Positions 1 to 10,632 of a DNA stretch of 64,000 nt are shown here, piece after piece. Source of the DNA: a virus (lineage: Duplodnaviria > Heunggongvirae > Uroviricota > Caudoviricetes); IMG/VR virus record IMGVR_UViG_3300042914_002848. The stretch is one strand, 5' to 3'. Each line of letters opens with the position of its first letter. The stretch's first letter is position 1. The notes under the pieces were generated by a model. It searched no databases. It was given only the letters and a program-made list of their open reading frames with translations, and had not been told where the DNA came from. The position numbers and the translations under genes are program-made.

Positions 1-3000
1 ATTACAAAAGAGTAATTTTGGTTTAGTTGTTGATTATATGAACCAATAGCATGTTGGTGTGAGGACGAAACAATTAATCCTTCTCCCTGTGCAAACCCAT
101 TTAATAAATAAACTTCGTTTAATTGACCGTGTGCAAACCCATAACTTTGCCTAAATAGAGTATTATTATTTCTTGGTGGTGAGGTAGTAGATACACCTGG
201 TCCACCATACTCATTTGGTCCTCCAAAATTACTTTCACCATATACATCTAAAGAGTATGATGGTGGTGCGCCTATACCAAGCCCAATACCCTCAAAATCA
301 CCAGGATTTTCATTTTCGTAAAATTTATTTCTTACATATATCCAATTTTTATATGCGTTAGAATCATACGGCCCATTTATAGTAAAAATAACATCACCAT
401 CAAAACTTGCAGAATGAACCTGTGCAGTTGTTATTTCATCTAAAGTAGTGTTACCTGTGGGAGCTGTGATTTTATCCGAAGAAATGTTTCCAGATATGTT
501 TGTTGCTGCTATAGTTCCTTGTACTAATAATGAGCCTGTAATTTGAACAGATGAACCTGTTAAATCTACAAACATAATATTACTTCTATTTGCAGCACTC
601 GTTCCATTACCAATTATAAATGAACCTGTCCCACCAAGAGGTATATTATATCTTCCAATTACATGTTGAAAACTTCCAGATGATATAGTTCCTTCTCCGG
701 CTACATATGAACCAATCGCAAGAGGTGATGCGAATGAACCCGAACCTGCGGTATGCGACCACTTTGCCCAAGCTTTTGTAAAATAACCTTCCGCATGCGC
801 CCCATCAGCACCTTTTACTTCACTTTCTATACCTTCTACATGAGAGTAGTTTGAGGACTGAATTAAGTTATTGTTTCCTTCAGCATGCGAACCAGTTGCA
901 CTTGTTATCGTATTAAAAGAACCCTCCGCGTGCGAACTATATGAACCACCATCAATTGTGGCATGGTCCCCCTCCGCATGAGAATATAATGAATCTTCTA
1001 TGGTATTTCTACTCCCTTCAGTATGAGAGTAATGTGAATTTTTAATTTCAGGGGAATTCGTGTCTCCTTCACCTTCACCTTCTGCATGAGAATATTCTGA
1101 ACCAGCAATTACATTTCTATAACCTTCAGCATGAGAACCATCTGAATCTTGTTTTATTAGGTTTGCAACACCTTCAGCATGCGAATATGGTGAGTTTGTT
1201 TCAATTTCATTATCATAACCTTCTGTGTGAGAAGCCACAGAATATGTTCGGGTTGATTGACCTTCTGTGTGTGCATATATTGCCGATGAATGGGCTACAG
1301 TAGCATAACCCTCTGCGTGAGAACTATCAGCATTGGCCTCACTATCATTTCCTTCCGCGTGAGAATATAATCCAGATGCTAATGTTGAAAACCCCTCTGC
1401 ATGAGAATATTCTCCCAAAGCAGTTGTAACAGCCCCTTCTGCGTGCGAACCAACACCACCTGCGTTTGTAGAACCACCTTCCGCATGAGAGTTTGAGCCT
1501 GATGCGATTGTAAGATAACCTTCGGCGTGAGAGTAATCACCATATGCTCTCGTATCACGCCCTTCAGCGTGAGAGTAATCTCCCGCAGCCCACGAAAAAT
1601 AACCTTCAGCATGAGCAGCTTGTCCAGAAGCTGTTGTATAATAACCTTCAGCGTGAGCGTAACTGCCTGATTTTGCCCATGGAAAAACATCAATTATACC
1701 CACATATGTTTTATAACCTTCCGCGTGCCCAGCTATACCCCTAACAATTGTATCGTGCCCTTCAGCATGTCCTGCTGAACCCTCAGCTTTAACAATAGAA
1801 CCACTTCCCTCTGCGTGTGAATAAAAAGCACCATTTTCGGTTATTGTATAAAATCCATGTGCATGAGATTGAGAGCCGGATGGTGAAACTCCAACACCTT
1901 GTCCAAATCCACCATTGTTATAGTCGTAAAAAAATGTTTGTGGTGCACCAGTTCCACCAAATGTACTATTAGAATTATATTGTATATCGAAATTTATACC
2001 ACCAGGAGTACCGCCACCACCAGCAACCAAAGATGATGTGGACATATAGGTGAGTTCTTTAGTACTTGCATTAAATACAACTACCTGTGTTTGAGTGGAT
2101 GATTGTAACTCAGCGGAAAATCTTCCACCAACATGCAAAAGAGTTTGGGGGTTGTTAGTTCCAATACCTATAAAGGAATTATTATTTTGAAAAATATTTG
2201 ATGATGATAAAAAGTTTGAACCACTATATAATGCAATATATGTCGGAGTCCCACTTCCAGACAATAAATTAGATGGTAGTGTTACTCCACCCCCGCCACC
2301 ATAAGAGCCGGTGAGTTTTATTTGTCCTGTTGTATTATCTCTAACCAATACTGAATTTGATACATTCCCCGCAGATGATGCGGAAAAGTACAAACTACCA
2401 CTTAAATGAACATTACTACCCGATACTAAAACATTTCGATTGCTTACTTCTATAAATGTATTAGTTGAACCCTCAACTTTTAGTAAAGATTCAGTATCAC
2501 TATTTCCTTTAACTTGTAATCTATATGTTGGTTCAGTTACATTTAATCCTACATTACCACCAAAATAAGATCTTGTAGAACCTGATGTAAATATTGCCCA
2601 ATTATTACTTCCCGAATTCAATAAATTTATGTGAACCCCATACAAATTTGATATAGCTCCCTCTGAACCAGAACTATTTAGTATGTTAATATTATATGCG
2701 TTGGTAATTACACTAGGTTGAACAGTAGAGTCAATTTTAGTTTGAATCGCTGATGCGGATACAATTGTTGTACCACTGGTATTTTCTACTCTACTAAAAA
2801 GACCAATATAAGGAGATTCGTTGGTATAAATATGTAATTTTGCTGATGGTAATGATACACCCGTACCGATACCTATTCTACTACCACTTTCATATATAGA
2901 TGATGTAGTAATTGTATTAGGACCACTCCACCTAGTTATATAATTTGTTGTTCCACTACCACCAACAAAAGATGATGTTGAAAAATAAGTGAATCTGCCT

Positions 3001-3482
3001 GATGCGGTATCATACCCTATAATATTAGGTTGAGATACATTTGGTAGTGAACTTGCGGTTATAGTTGTTGTCCATAAAGAACCACTTACTTGAAGGGTGT
3101 TTGTAGGTGTTCCTGTTCCGATGCCTACATTACCACTACCTGATACATAAATTATATTATTAACCGCAGGTGAATCTATTTCAAATAGTCCACTATTACT
3201 TGCGCCTGATATGTGTAGTTTTGCCTGAGGTGTTGCTAATCCCATCCCCGTTCTACTGCCGGAAACAATTATGGCTTCTTGGTTGAATGTTCCCATTTTA
3301 ATGGTATTGTCTGAAAAGACTTCCATAATGGGTATCCCCGAAATATCGTTTACGGAGAATAGTGAACCTGATAACGAATCGGTTATTGAGAACAATTGTC
3401 CTTGCGAACCCTGAACATCAAATATGTTAGAGCCTGAACCTTGTACTATGAGCCCTTTACGGACTTTGAATTCGTTTGCCAT
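1..3482 (-). CDS. Large tail fibre/adhesin (>=1160 aa, runs off the left edge) with GIGT-type fibre repeats and a long run of (S)HAEG beta-roll repeats
   Basis: Hand translation from ATG at 3482 (MANEFKVRKGLIVQGSGS...) stays open to position 3. It has VGIGT..P motifs and >20 HAEG/HTEG repeats (~760-1870). It is absent from the ORF track because it has no stop in the window. Confidence 0.85.
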   Translation of the reverse strand, partial: MANEFKVRKGLIVQGSGSNIFDVQGSQGQLFSITDSLSGSLFSVNDISGIPIMEVFSDNTIKMGTFNQEAIIVSGSRTGMGLATPQAKLHISGASNSGLFEIDSPAVNNIIYVSGSGNVGIGTGTPTNTLQVSGSLWTTTITASSLPNVSQPNIIGYDTASGRFTYFSTSSFVGGSGTTNYITRWSGPNTITTSSIYESGSRIGIGTGVSLPSAKLHIYTNESPYIGLFSRVENTSGTTIVSASAIQTKIDSTVQPSVITNAYNINILNSSGSEGAISNLYGVHINLLNSGSNNWAIFTSGSTRSYFGGNVGLNVTEPTYRLQVKGNSDTESLLKVEGSTNTFIEVSNRNVLVSGSNVHLSGSLYFSASSAGNVSNSVLVRDNTTGQIKLTGSYGGGGGVTLPSNLLSGSGTPTYIALYSGSNFLSSSNIFQNNNSFIGIGTNNPQTLLHVGGRFSAELQSSTQTQVVVFNASTKELTYMSTSSLVAGGGGTPGGINFDIQYNSNSTFGGTGAPQTFFYDYNNGGFGQGVGVSPSGSQSHAHGFYTITENGAFYSHAEGSGSIVKAEGSAGHAEGHDTIVRGIAGHAEGYKTYVGIIDVFPWAKSGSYAHAEGYYTTASGQAAHAEGYFSWAAGDYSHAEGRDTRAYGDYSHAEGYLTIASGSNSHAEGGSTNAGGVGSHAEGAVTTALGEYSHAEGFSTLASGLYSHAEGNDSEANADSSHAEGYATVAHSSAIYAHTEGQSTRTYSVASHTEGYDNEIETNSPYSHAEGVANLIKQDSDGSHAEGYRNVIAGSEYSHAEGEGEGDTNSPEIKNSHYSHTEGSRNTIEDSLYSHAEGDHATIDGGSYSSHAEGSFNTITSATGSHAEGNNNLIQSSNYSHVEGIESEVKGADGAHAEGYFTKAWAKWSHTAGSGSFASPLAIGSYVAGEGTISSGSFQHVIGRYNIPLGGTGSFIIGNGTSAANRSNIMFVDLTGSSVQITGSLLVQGTIAATNISGNISSDKITAPTGNTTLDEITTAQVHSASFDGDVIFTINGPYDSNAYKNWIYVRNKFYENENPGDFEGIGLGIGAPPSYSLDVYGESNFGGPNEYGGPGVSTTSPPRNNNTLFRQSYGFAHGQLNEVYLLNGFAQGEGLIVSSSHQHAIGSYNQQLNQNYSFV

Positions 3483-3553
3483 GTTTTATTTCCTTTTTTC
3501 ATTGTCCAAAAGGGATGTGTGATGTATATAAATATGTTGAAATAGTTTTTTGT

Positions 3554-4246
3554 TTATATCCCAAAACGTCCTCTCATTGCATTGAAGTTTTGTTGGATTT
3601 GTGGTAATGTTAGAGCAGCATTGTACATTTTGTAACTTGCTATACTACCAGTAAAAAATTGAGTTGAATTATTGTTATCTCTTCCTAAATTCCAAGTATT
3701 TGTGGGCCATATTGTATCCCCTAACCAAGTCAAACTTCGAGATGCTTTTAATTCACCATTTAAGTAAATGTATGAATTTGTTGGGGTAGCTTGAAATACT
3801 ATATTATTCCAAGAACCATCATCTCTAATATTAGTATTATGGGTATATGTTAAATTTTGAGATGATGATCCTGAACTTATTGAGAGTACTACACGATTAG
3901 TTAAGTCAAAGTATGCTCTAATACCATAAGTAAAACCAAATAAACCAGGTGTTGTTCCTGTTGTTGGTACAGTACCTTTACTTTGGGTCCATAAATCTAT
4001 TGTAAAACTAGTTAATGGAAAAAATGTGTTTCCTGTTCCAAATGAAATAGTATCGTTTATACCATCAAAGTTAAATACCCCACCATTTTGTGAACCGTAT
4101 GTTGCTCCTGATGTAGTTCCATTTTTGCTATTTCCACTTAAATCTCTCCAAGTAGTACCTGAGCCGGGGTATGATGTAGGATTAGCAGCATCTACTGATA
4201 TTACTAATCCTGTTTCTATTGTGTTAGGTCCACCAAAAGTTGCCAT
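3554..4246 (-). CDS. LamG/concanavalin A-like lectin domain virion protein
   Basis: GLVISVDAANPTSYPGSGTTWRDLSG N-terminus, FNFDGIND, YIYLNGEL, FFTGSIASYKMYNAALT are typical of phage LamG-like proteins. Confidence 0.8.
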   Translation of the reverse strand: MATFGGPNTIETGLVISVDAANPTSYPGSGTTWRDLSGNSKNGTTSGATYGSQNGGVFNFDGINDTISFGTGNTFFPLTSFTIDLWTQSKGTVPTTGTTPGLFGFTYGIRAYFDLTNRVVLSISSGSSSQNLTYTHNTNIRDDGSWNNIVFQATPTNSYIYLNGELKASRSLTWLGDTIWPTNTWNLGRDNNNSTQFFTGSIASYKMYNAALTLPQIQQNFNAMRGRFGI

Positions 4247-4249
4247 ATC

Positions 4250-4927
4250 TTATAATCCAAATCGGGTTTTAGTTGCATTATAGTTTTGTTGGATTTCACT
4301 TGCGGATAATAACCTATTATATTGTCTTGTAATTGAAACATCGCAATTTAGATAATAAAATTCACCACTAAAATCTCTATTTTGCCTTCCAATAGACCAA
4401 GTAGTTATCTGCCCAGAACCTATATCATTGGTTTGAAATTCGGATGTATCTAAAGCACCGTTTACATAGTAAGTACAATAATAACTGTTTCTTAATACTG
4501 TTGTAATTTGATACCATCCTCCCAATGATAATGTTGTAGATGATTGGACGGCTGAACTATCATCCCAATACCAAGAAAACTTTCCATTAGATAAAACCAT
4601 AAGAGCACCAGTGGTGTTTTTTTGTCCTGCTAATAATCCACCTTGAGTTACAGGGTAAGAGTTTATTCGTGTCCATATTTCCAATGTTCTATCGGCTGTG
4701 GGTAATAAATACAACCCAGTATTTGTTATGGTGGCGTATTGGTCAGTTCCATTAAATCCTAAATAATTACTATCAGCGGTTGGTGTATTAATTAAAGACC
4801 AATTATAAGAATTCCCACTTAAATCCTGCCAAGTAGTACTGCCACTTATATAGGATGTAGGATTAGCAGCATCCAATGCTAAAACTAACCCGTCAGTAAC
4901 TACATTTGGTCCTCTATAAAATCCCAT
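4250..4927 (-). CDS. LamG/concanavalin A-like lectin domain virion protein (paralog of 3554..4246)
   Basis: GLVLALDAANPTSY...WQDLSG, FNGTDQY, YYVNG, YNRLLSASEIQQNYNATKTRFG. Confidence 0.8.
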   Translation of the reverse strand: MGFYRGPNVVTDGLVLALDAANPTSYISGSTTWQDLSGNSYNWSLINTPTADSNYLGFNGTDQYATITNTGLYLLPTADRTLEIWTRINSYPVTQGGLLAGQKNTTGALMVLSNGKFSWYWDDSSAVQSSTTLSLGGWYQITTVLRNSYYCTYYVNGALDTSEFQTNDIGSGQITTWSIGRQNRDFSGEFYYLNCDVSITRQYNRLLSASEIQQNYNATKTRFGL

Positions 4928-4931
4928 AATA

Positions 4932-5702
4932 TTATATCATTCTTGATAATGCTTTTACAGACCAGTCGTTGGTGGATGAAGATGCATATAATATAATATT
5001 TGAACCACTTAATGCAACTGAAAGGTTTATTTCTGCGGTATTTCCTATATCGTTTGTTGATACATCGTTCCATTCCACCGAAGTTCCGTTCCAAACCGAA
5101 AATACAGTGCCCGCTCTTGCATTAGTTGATTTATTCAATACATAATCAAAGAATGCTGCCCGGTATGAACCCGTAGATACACTCATCACAGTTCTGATCG
5201 AACCACTATCTATATCGGTATTTTGTCCATAAGTGTATAGTGAGCCTGTTGATATTTGAAAATTACCTTCAACATGCAATGATGCGGATGGGGTAGTTGT
5301 GCCTATGCCTACATTACCGTTATCTAAAACTACTAAACTTGCACTTGCATTGCTGTTTTCAACTCTAAGTGCTGTCGTTGCGGATGTTGCTCCGCTGCCT
5401 CTGACCTGTAAACGCGATGTTGGGGAAGTTGTCCCAATACCTATGTTTCCACTACTTTCATATATTGATGATGTGGTGATTGTTGTACCACCACTCCAAC
5501 GAGTTATGTAATTTGCTGTTCCACTTCCACCAATAAGTGAACCACCACTTACTAACGAAGAGGTTGAAAAATAAGTGAATGTTCCTGATGTGGTGTTATA
5601 ACCTATTACATTAGGTTGAGATACATTTGGTAGTGAACTTGCGGTTATGTTTAGGACATGAACTGCACTACCAGATTGTAATATCTTTTTCCATGAAGGC
5701 AT
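4932..5702 (-). CDS. Tail fibre-associated protein
   Basis: GNIGIGTTSPTSRLQV and GNVGIGTTTPSASLHV repeats; shares a module with the 1..3482 fibre. Confidence 0.7.
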   Translation of the reverse strand: MPSWKKILQSGSAVHVLNITASSLPNVSQPNVIGYNTTSGTFTYFSTSSLVSGGSLIGGSGTANYITRWSGGTTITTSSIYESSGNIGIGTTSPTSRLQVRGSGATSATTALRVENSNASASLVVLDNGNVGIGTTTPSASLHVEGNFQISTGSLYTYGQNTDIDSGSIRTVMSVSTGSYRAAFFDYVLNKSTNARAGTVFSVWNGTSVEWNDVSTNDIGNTAEINLSVALSGSNIILYASSSTNDWSVKALSRMI

Positions 5703-5862
5703 ACACTCACTCTTTTTTTAACTATACAATATGGTTGGATACACATACTAAGTGAGTAGTATATGGGCCCACTTCCTTGTTCAGGCCAATATTGTACTTT
5801 TTGGTTTATACTCTAATATAGTATAAATATATAAAAAAAATTAATTAGTGTTTATTTCCAAA

Positions 5863-8199
5863 TTAAACATATATCCAAATTTCACCATCGGTAGTGTTTA
5901 TATGCATATTACCATATCCAAAAGAAGAACTACCAAAAGTTGGTGCGTTTGAATCGGTTGGAGATACTCCTGATGATGAAACCGTTACCATAAAATCAGT
6001 TGGGGTTACATTCATTGAAGCCGTTCCTACACCCAATGCTACACCCCATCTGTTTGCTAAACCATTCGCTCCACCACTACCACTATTGAATACGAAAGCA
6101 GAGCCACTACCAGCAGCACCTTCAATAATTATACCACCTTCGGATGCGGGTGCTTGAGAACCTGAACTTCTTCCTAAAACGATAAACTTATCTTCTATTG
6201 ATAAGGTAGATGTGTTGATTATTGTTGTTTCTCCATTTACTGTTAGGTCACCACCAACGACAACATTTCCTGTTGTGGTTATAGCAGCAGCCCCAACTGT
6301 TCCCGTAAATGTTGGTGAAGATGAGAATACCAAATTACCTGTTCCAGTTTCATCCGTTACTGCGGCTGCTAAGTTGGCTGATGATGGTATGTTTAAGAAT
6401 GTTGCTACACCCGTACCTAATGTTTGAGTTGCCACCCTATTTGAAGATGTGATAACCAGCATGGTGCTTGAAAGTGCAGTTGCGGGTAATTGGTTAGCTA
6501 ACGTAATGGTTTGTGCGTTTACAGTTACACTATCACCAATTGCATCCCCTAATGTAGTATTACCTGCTATTGCAACAGTTCCATTGGTAGCACCCATATT
6601 AATACTAGCTGCTCCACCAAAGTTAATTGTAGTTGTAGTTCCGTTTAATAAGTTAACGGTAGTGTTAGTTGATGTTATATCACCACCATTTGCTGCTAAA
6701 GTACCGCCAACAGTAGCATTCCCACTCGTTGTAAGTGCTTGACCAAATAACCCAGCAGAAGAACTTATATTAGATGATGCGGTTATATTTACTGCGGTTA
6801 TACCACCACCTACTTGAAGAGTGTTTGTTGGGGTAGCCGTATTTATACCGACTAAAGTAGCACCATTACTTGCGGATATTTTTAAATCGGGTCTATTAGA
6901 ACCACTATAACTAAATAAAATACCTCCACTTAAAACATGAGACCCTGTTGTAAAAGCTTCAAACCTTAAAGCCTGGTTATAAGCGCCTATTTGGGCCCAA
7001 CTTGCGGATAATGGTGTTGTTGTTGCACCTGTGGTATAAGAACCGAATCCAATTTTAGGTCCTTCGGTATCGGAAAATACATAAGTCCCGTATGAGTTTA
7101 CATCGGTACTTACTCTACTTCCAACAACTATACCTTCATTCCCACCCGAACCAGAAACATTTAATCTTCCCGCAAATATTGGTGATGATCCTGTATCTGT
7201 ATATCCAACTATAAATCTAGGATTAGCTTCGGTGGTCATAACAATTGAAGAGGTTGTTATTGTATTATTATCAGACCACATGGTTAAACGTTGGCCTACA
7301 CCAACACCATCTATTGTTGTTGGTAGTGCAATAGATGATGTATTGAATTTAGTGATGTTACCACTAGAATCAATACCAAGAACTTGTACTTGTGCAAGTG
7401 TTGGTAATGCACTCGCGGTTAGATTTGTTGTTGAAATACCAGTCCCGCCTACTTGAAGAGTATTTGTTGGGGTTGTTGTACCTATACCTACATTACCTGT
7501 AGATGTTATTCTCATTCGTTCAGTAACTAACGAACCACTTTGATTTGTTCCAAATGCAAGGAAAGCATCGGGAGTAGCATCTTCAGAAACGGCTTCTATA
7601 AAAGCTTTGGTTGTACCAGAGCCAGTAGTATCCGTATCATTGGAACTAAATATAATTCTTCCAATAGGTTGATCGGTAGTCGAGGTGGTGTCTGCGTCTA
7701 ATAGCTGTATAAAATTAAGAGAATCACTACCCCCAACCGAATTGTAGGTTTTTTGATTACCACCTGCACCACCGTTACTTGATCTTACAATTATAGATGC
7801 AGTAGTACCTACATTAGATGCATTAATATATAAACTGGGATTTGTTATTGTATTTGATGAATTAAGTTGGAGTAGCCCTAATGTTGGAGTTGTTGTACCT
7901 ATGCCTATAGCACCACTACTACTAATAGTCATTGCTACCGAGCCACTTGTTTCAAATTGTAAATTTTGGTTATCGTTAGTACCTAAAACAGCAGCAGCAC
8001 CAAATGAGTTGCCACCTTGTACAAATGCATTTGGGTTTACTATGGAAGATGTATTAAAATATGATAACACACCCGTTGTTGGGTCATAACCAACAATTTG
8101 CCCTGTGGGTACAGCAGTATTATTTGTTAGATTACTAGCAGTTATACCTTGTAAATGGGCCTGCGAACCAGATACTATTACTTTTTTCCATGTTGCCAT
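5863..8199 (-). CDS. Tail fibre protein
   Basis: 778 aa, S/T/G-rich; ERMRITSTGNVGIGTTTP and GDLTVNGETTIINTSTLSIEDKFI fibre motifs. Confidence 0.75.
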   Translation of the reverse strand: MATWKKVIVSGSQAHLQGITASNLTNNTAVPTGQIVGYDPTTGVLSYFNTSSIVNPNAFVQGGNSFGAAAVLGTNDNQNLQFETSGSVAMTISSSGAIGIGTTTPTLGLLQLNSSNTITNPSLYINASNVGTTASIIVRSSNGGAGGNQKTYNSVGGSDSLNFIQLLDADTTSTTDQPIGRIIFSSNDTDTTGSGTTKAFIEAVSEDATPDAFLAFGTNQSGSLVTERMRITSTGNVGIGTTTPTNTLQVGGTGISTTNLTASALPTLAQVQVLGIDSSGNITKFNTSSIALPTTIDGVGVGQRLTMWSDNNTITTSSIVMTTEANPRFIVGYTDTGSSPIFAGRLNVSGSGGNEGIVVGSRVSTDVNSYGTYVFSDTEGPKIGFGSYTTGATTTPLSASWAQIGAYNQALRFEAFTTGSHVLSGGILFSYSGSNRPDLKISASNGATLVGINTATPTNTLQVGGGITAVNITASSNISSSAGLFGQALTTSGNATVGGTLAANGGDITSTNTTVNLLNGTTTTINFGGAASINMGATNGTVAIAGNTTLGDAIGDSVTVNAQTITLANQLPATALSSTMLVITSSNRVATQTLGTGVATFLNIPSSANLAAAVTDETGTGNLVFSSSPTFTGTVGAAAITTTGNVVVGGDLTVNGETTIINTSTLSIEDKFIVLGRSSGSQAPASEGGIIIEGAAGSGSAFVFNSGSGGANGLANRWGVALGVGTASMNVTPTDFMVTVSSSGVSPTDSNAPTFGSSSFGYGNMHINTTDGEIWIYV

Positions 8200-8225
8200 A
8201 TTACTCTCCTAATGTAATTAAATTA

Positions 8226-8465
8226 TTATTTTTTTTGGTTTTGGTTTTCTTTCAGTTGTAAAAATTGGTTTTGAAGTTTAATGATTGTATTATAAACTAA
8301 TTCAACATCACCAACAGTAAAAGTTAAATCTTTTAATGATGTCAATAAAAAAGTTATTTCATCAAAATTTAAATCATTTTTATCTCCACTTTTTATATAT
8401 TCAACAGTCTCAGGTTGATTAGAATCTGGTTGTTGTTTTACTCTTAGTTTGTCAAGTATGGACAT
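8226..8465 (-). CDS. Hypothetical protein (possible fibre chaperone)
   Basis: 79-aa ORF within the fibre gene run, coiled-coil C-terminus. Confidence 0.55.
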   Translation of the reverse strand: MSILDKLRVKQQPDSNQPETVEYIKSGDKNDLNFDEITFLLTSLKDLTFTVGDVELVYNTIIKLQNQFLQLKENQNQKK

Positions 8466-8524
8466 TTTGAAACCTCATATTATAGTTTAACTTATTTATA
8501 AATAGTATTTATTTTTTTTATGTG

Positions 8525-9163
8525 TTACATTCCCAAGTAAAAATTTCCATCCGATGAATAATACATCCCACCAGTTATAGGGGTTGGTGGTGTATCAAAT
8601 TTACCCAATACCATAACACCCTCTGAATTGATTTGTGCTGCAACGAAACTTCCCGATTTAATGATAAAGAAATCAGGCATTTCCGATGATATCTTTGTTT
8701 GGATTTGATTTGATTGATTATATATTACTACACTTGATGTGTTTATTCTTACATTTCCCAATTGGATGTATTCATCTCCCCCAAAAACTTCTGCAACTAC
8801 ACCAGTACTATCTACAAAACTCAAACTCCGACTCACATAAACATCACTCCAAGCAGCGGTGGCGCTACCAACGGAGTGTATAGATGTATTTCCCGAAACA
8901 ACATGTGGAATTAAAGAACCTGAAAAGTTTACTGAGCCTGAAAATGAACTTCTACCAATTATTAGGAGATTTCCTAAAAGGTTTACCGAACCAGTTGTGG
9001 TTGTATTGGTAGTAACAGCCGCTTCAATTGATTGACCCGAACTACCTGATTTTTTTAGGAATATTTTACCATCAGCAGTATTTACAGCTAACTCACCCAA
9101 TTCTAATGAGGATGTGGTTGGTACATTTCCACTTCCAAGGTTTCTTCTAAGTAAAATTGACAT
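8525..9163 (-). CDS. Fibre/virion protein with ILLRR...GELAVNTADGKIF N-terminal motif
   Basis: The motif is typical of N-termini of T4-like distal fibre and tropism-determinant proteins. Confidence 0.65.
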   Translation of the reverse strand: MSILLRRNLGSGNVPTTSSLELGELAVNTADGKIFLKKSGSSGQSIEAAVTTNTTTTGSVNLLGNLLIIGRSSFSGSVNFSGSLIPHVVSGNTSIHSVGSATAAWSDVYVSRSLSFVDSTGVVAEVFGGDEYIQLGNVRINTSSVVIYNQSNQIQTKISSEMPDFFIIKSGSFVAAQINSEGVMVLGKFDTPPTPITGGMYYSSDGNFYLGM

Positions 9164-10617
9164 TAGTAAAATCCCCCATCAACATTTAACGCAAAGGATG
9201 CGGTTATAGAATACGAACTACTTATAGGTGTTCCATTTTCCCATACACCTGCATTATATACCAACGCCTGCCCATTTGTGGGGGATGTAATAGTTACATT
9301 TGTTAAATCATCCAAAGTAGTTACAGCGCTTCCACCACCACCAGCTGCACCAACATTATTATAGCCAGCAAGAAAAGCATCTTTTTCTTCAATAAAATAT
9401 GGCGATTCATCATTTAGTGAATTTACAAATTCTACTTTTATATCATTTAAATCATTTTCCTTTTCTGCTTGATACACAAAGGTATGTGTAGACTGTGTAA
9501 AATTTGTTGCAATGTTTGAGTAAATATCTGTTATAGATGAACTAATTCTAGAACTTAAAATTTTTGTACCAACAAATTTATATTGGTTAGTTGTCTCAAA
9601 TGATTTTGGTCTAATATAAACATTTATTTTATCAACATTACCAATTATTGGATTAACATCTTTTAAGGTGATGTGTAAAAGTGATTGTAAAAATTGTGTT
9701 TGCGAACCTGTTGTAGGAACTTCTATTGTAAAACTACCTGTTGAAAATGATGTAAATGTTTTTAATATAGATTCAAGTTTCGTTGTTACCGATGCGGTTA
9801 GTGGATTTGAAACACGCGCTGTTTTACCATCTATCAAAGATTGTACAGAAGCGGTATAATTTATAGGTTTTAATAATCCAGCCGAAGCTTCTGCGGATGT
9901 TATCGTTGGTGATAAAGTTATATTCTGTAAATTAAAATATACTTTATTTCCAGCCAAATTAGAACCAAAGTTATATGATGATGTTGTTGGTAATCTTAAA
10001 AATACATTTTCACCACTAAAATCTGAAGAATATACGATGGTTTCATTTATAGATTCACTAACCAATAATAGCTGACCGTTTTCGTCTGCGAAATTTAAAT
10101 AAGATGAAATAGATTCTGATATTGATATTGTAGGTAATTCATTATTGGAGAATAGAATAGGAGATTCCGACCTATAATTTCTAGTTATTGGTATTTTTCT
10201 TCTCCACCGTATGTTTATAGTATTTTTAAACTCATCAGGTATTTCTTCACCATTTTCAGTTCTATCCGCAATACCACATATTATTACCTCACCAACCCCA
10301 TTTGGGGTATTGTACATATCATTTCTTTGACCATACACCCACACCGAAATATAGCGTGATAAATCGCCCGGCTCATAATCAGGTATTTCATAATAAACCG
10401 ATTGACCGTTTACATCTAAAATTTCAATAAATAGTTCAGAACCTGGCTGTAGTGTTACTCTGCTTGGTTTTACCCTAACGCCATTTTTTCCTCTACCAAA
10501 AAATTTAGGAAATTCGGTTATACCAAAATATGCTTCAGAAGTTAATGAAGTATCTTCAATATAAACTGGTACTGATTCTAAATTTTGTTTAAACCGTCTT
10601 TTAAGTTCTAATGACAT
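9163..10617 (-). CDS. Virion structural protein
   Basis: 484 aa; C-terminal TLDDLTNVTITSPTNGQALVYNAGVWEN fibre-like repeat; coupled to the next gene. Confidence 0.6.
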   Translation of the reverse strand: MSLELKRRFKQNLESVPVYIEDTSLTSEAYFGITEFPKFFGRGKNGVRVKPSRVTLQPGSELFIEILDVNGQSVYYEIPDYEPGDLSRYISVWVYGQRNDMYNTPNGVGEVIICGIADRTENGEEIPDEFKNTINIRWRRKIPITRNYRSESPILFSNNELPTISISESISSYLNFADENGQLLLVSESINETIVYSSDFSGENVFLRLPTTSSYNFGSNLAGNKVYFNLQNITLSPTITSAEASAGLLKPINYTASVQSLIDGKTARVSNPLTASVTTKLESILKTFTSFSTGSFTIEVPTTGSQTQFLQSLLHITLKDVNPIIGNVDKINVYIRPKSFETTNQYKFVGTKILSSRISSSITDIYSNIATNFTQSTHTFVYQAEKENDLNDIKVEFVNSLNDESPYFIEEKDAFLAGYNNVGAAGGGGSAVTTLDDLTNVTITSPTNGQALVYNAGVWENGTPISSSYSITASFALNVDGGFY

Positions 10618-10632
10618 TCATTTCTCCCATAA

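Noticed and set aside
1-10617. Diversity-generating retroelement acting on fibre genes
   Set aside because: No reverse transcriptase in the window; both copies of the duplicated module are in-frame internal coding segments, not a TR/VR pair.
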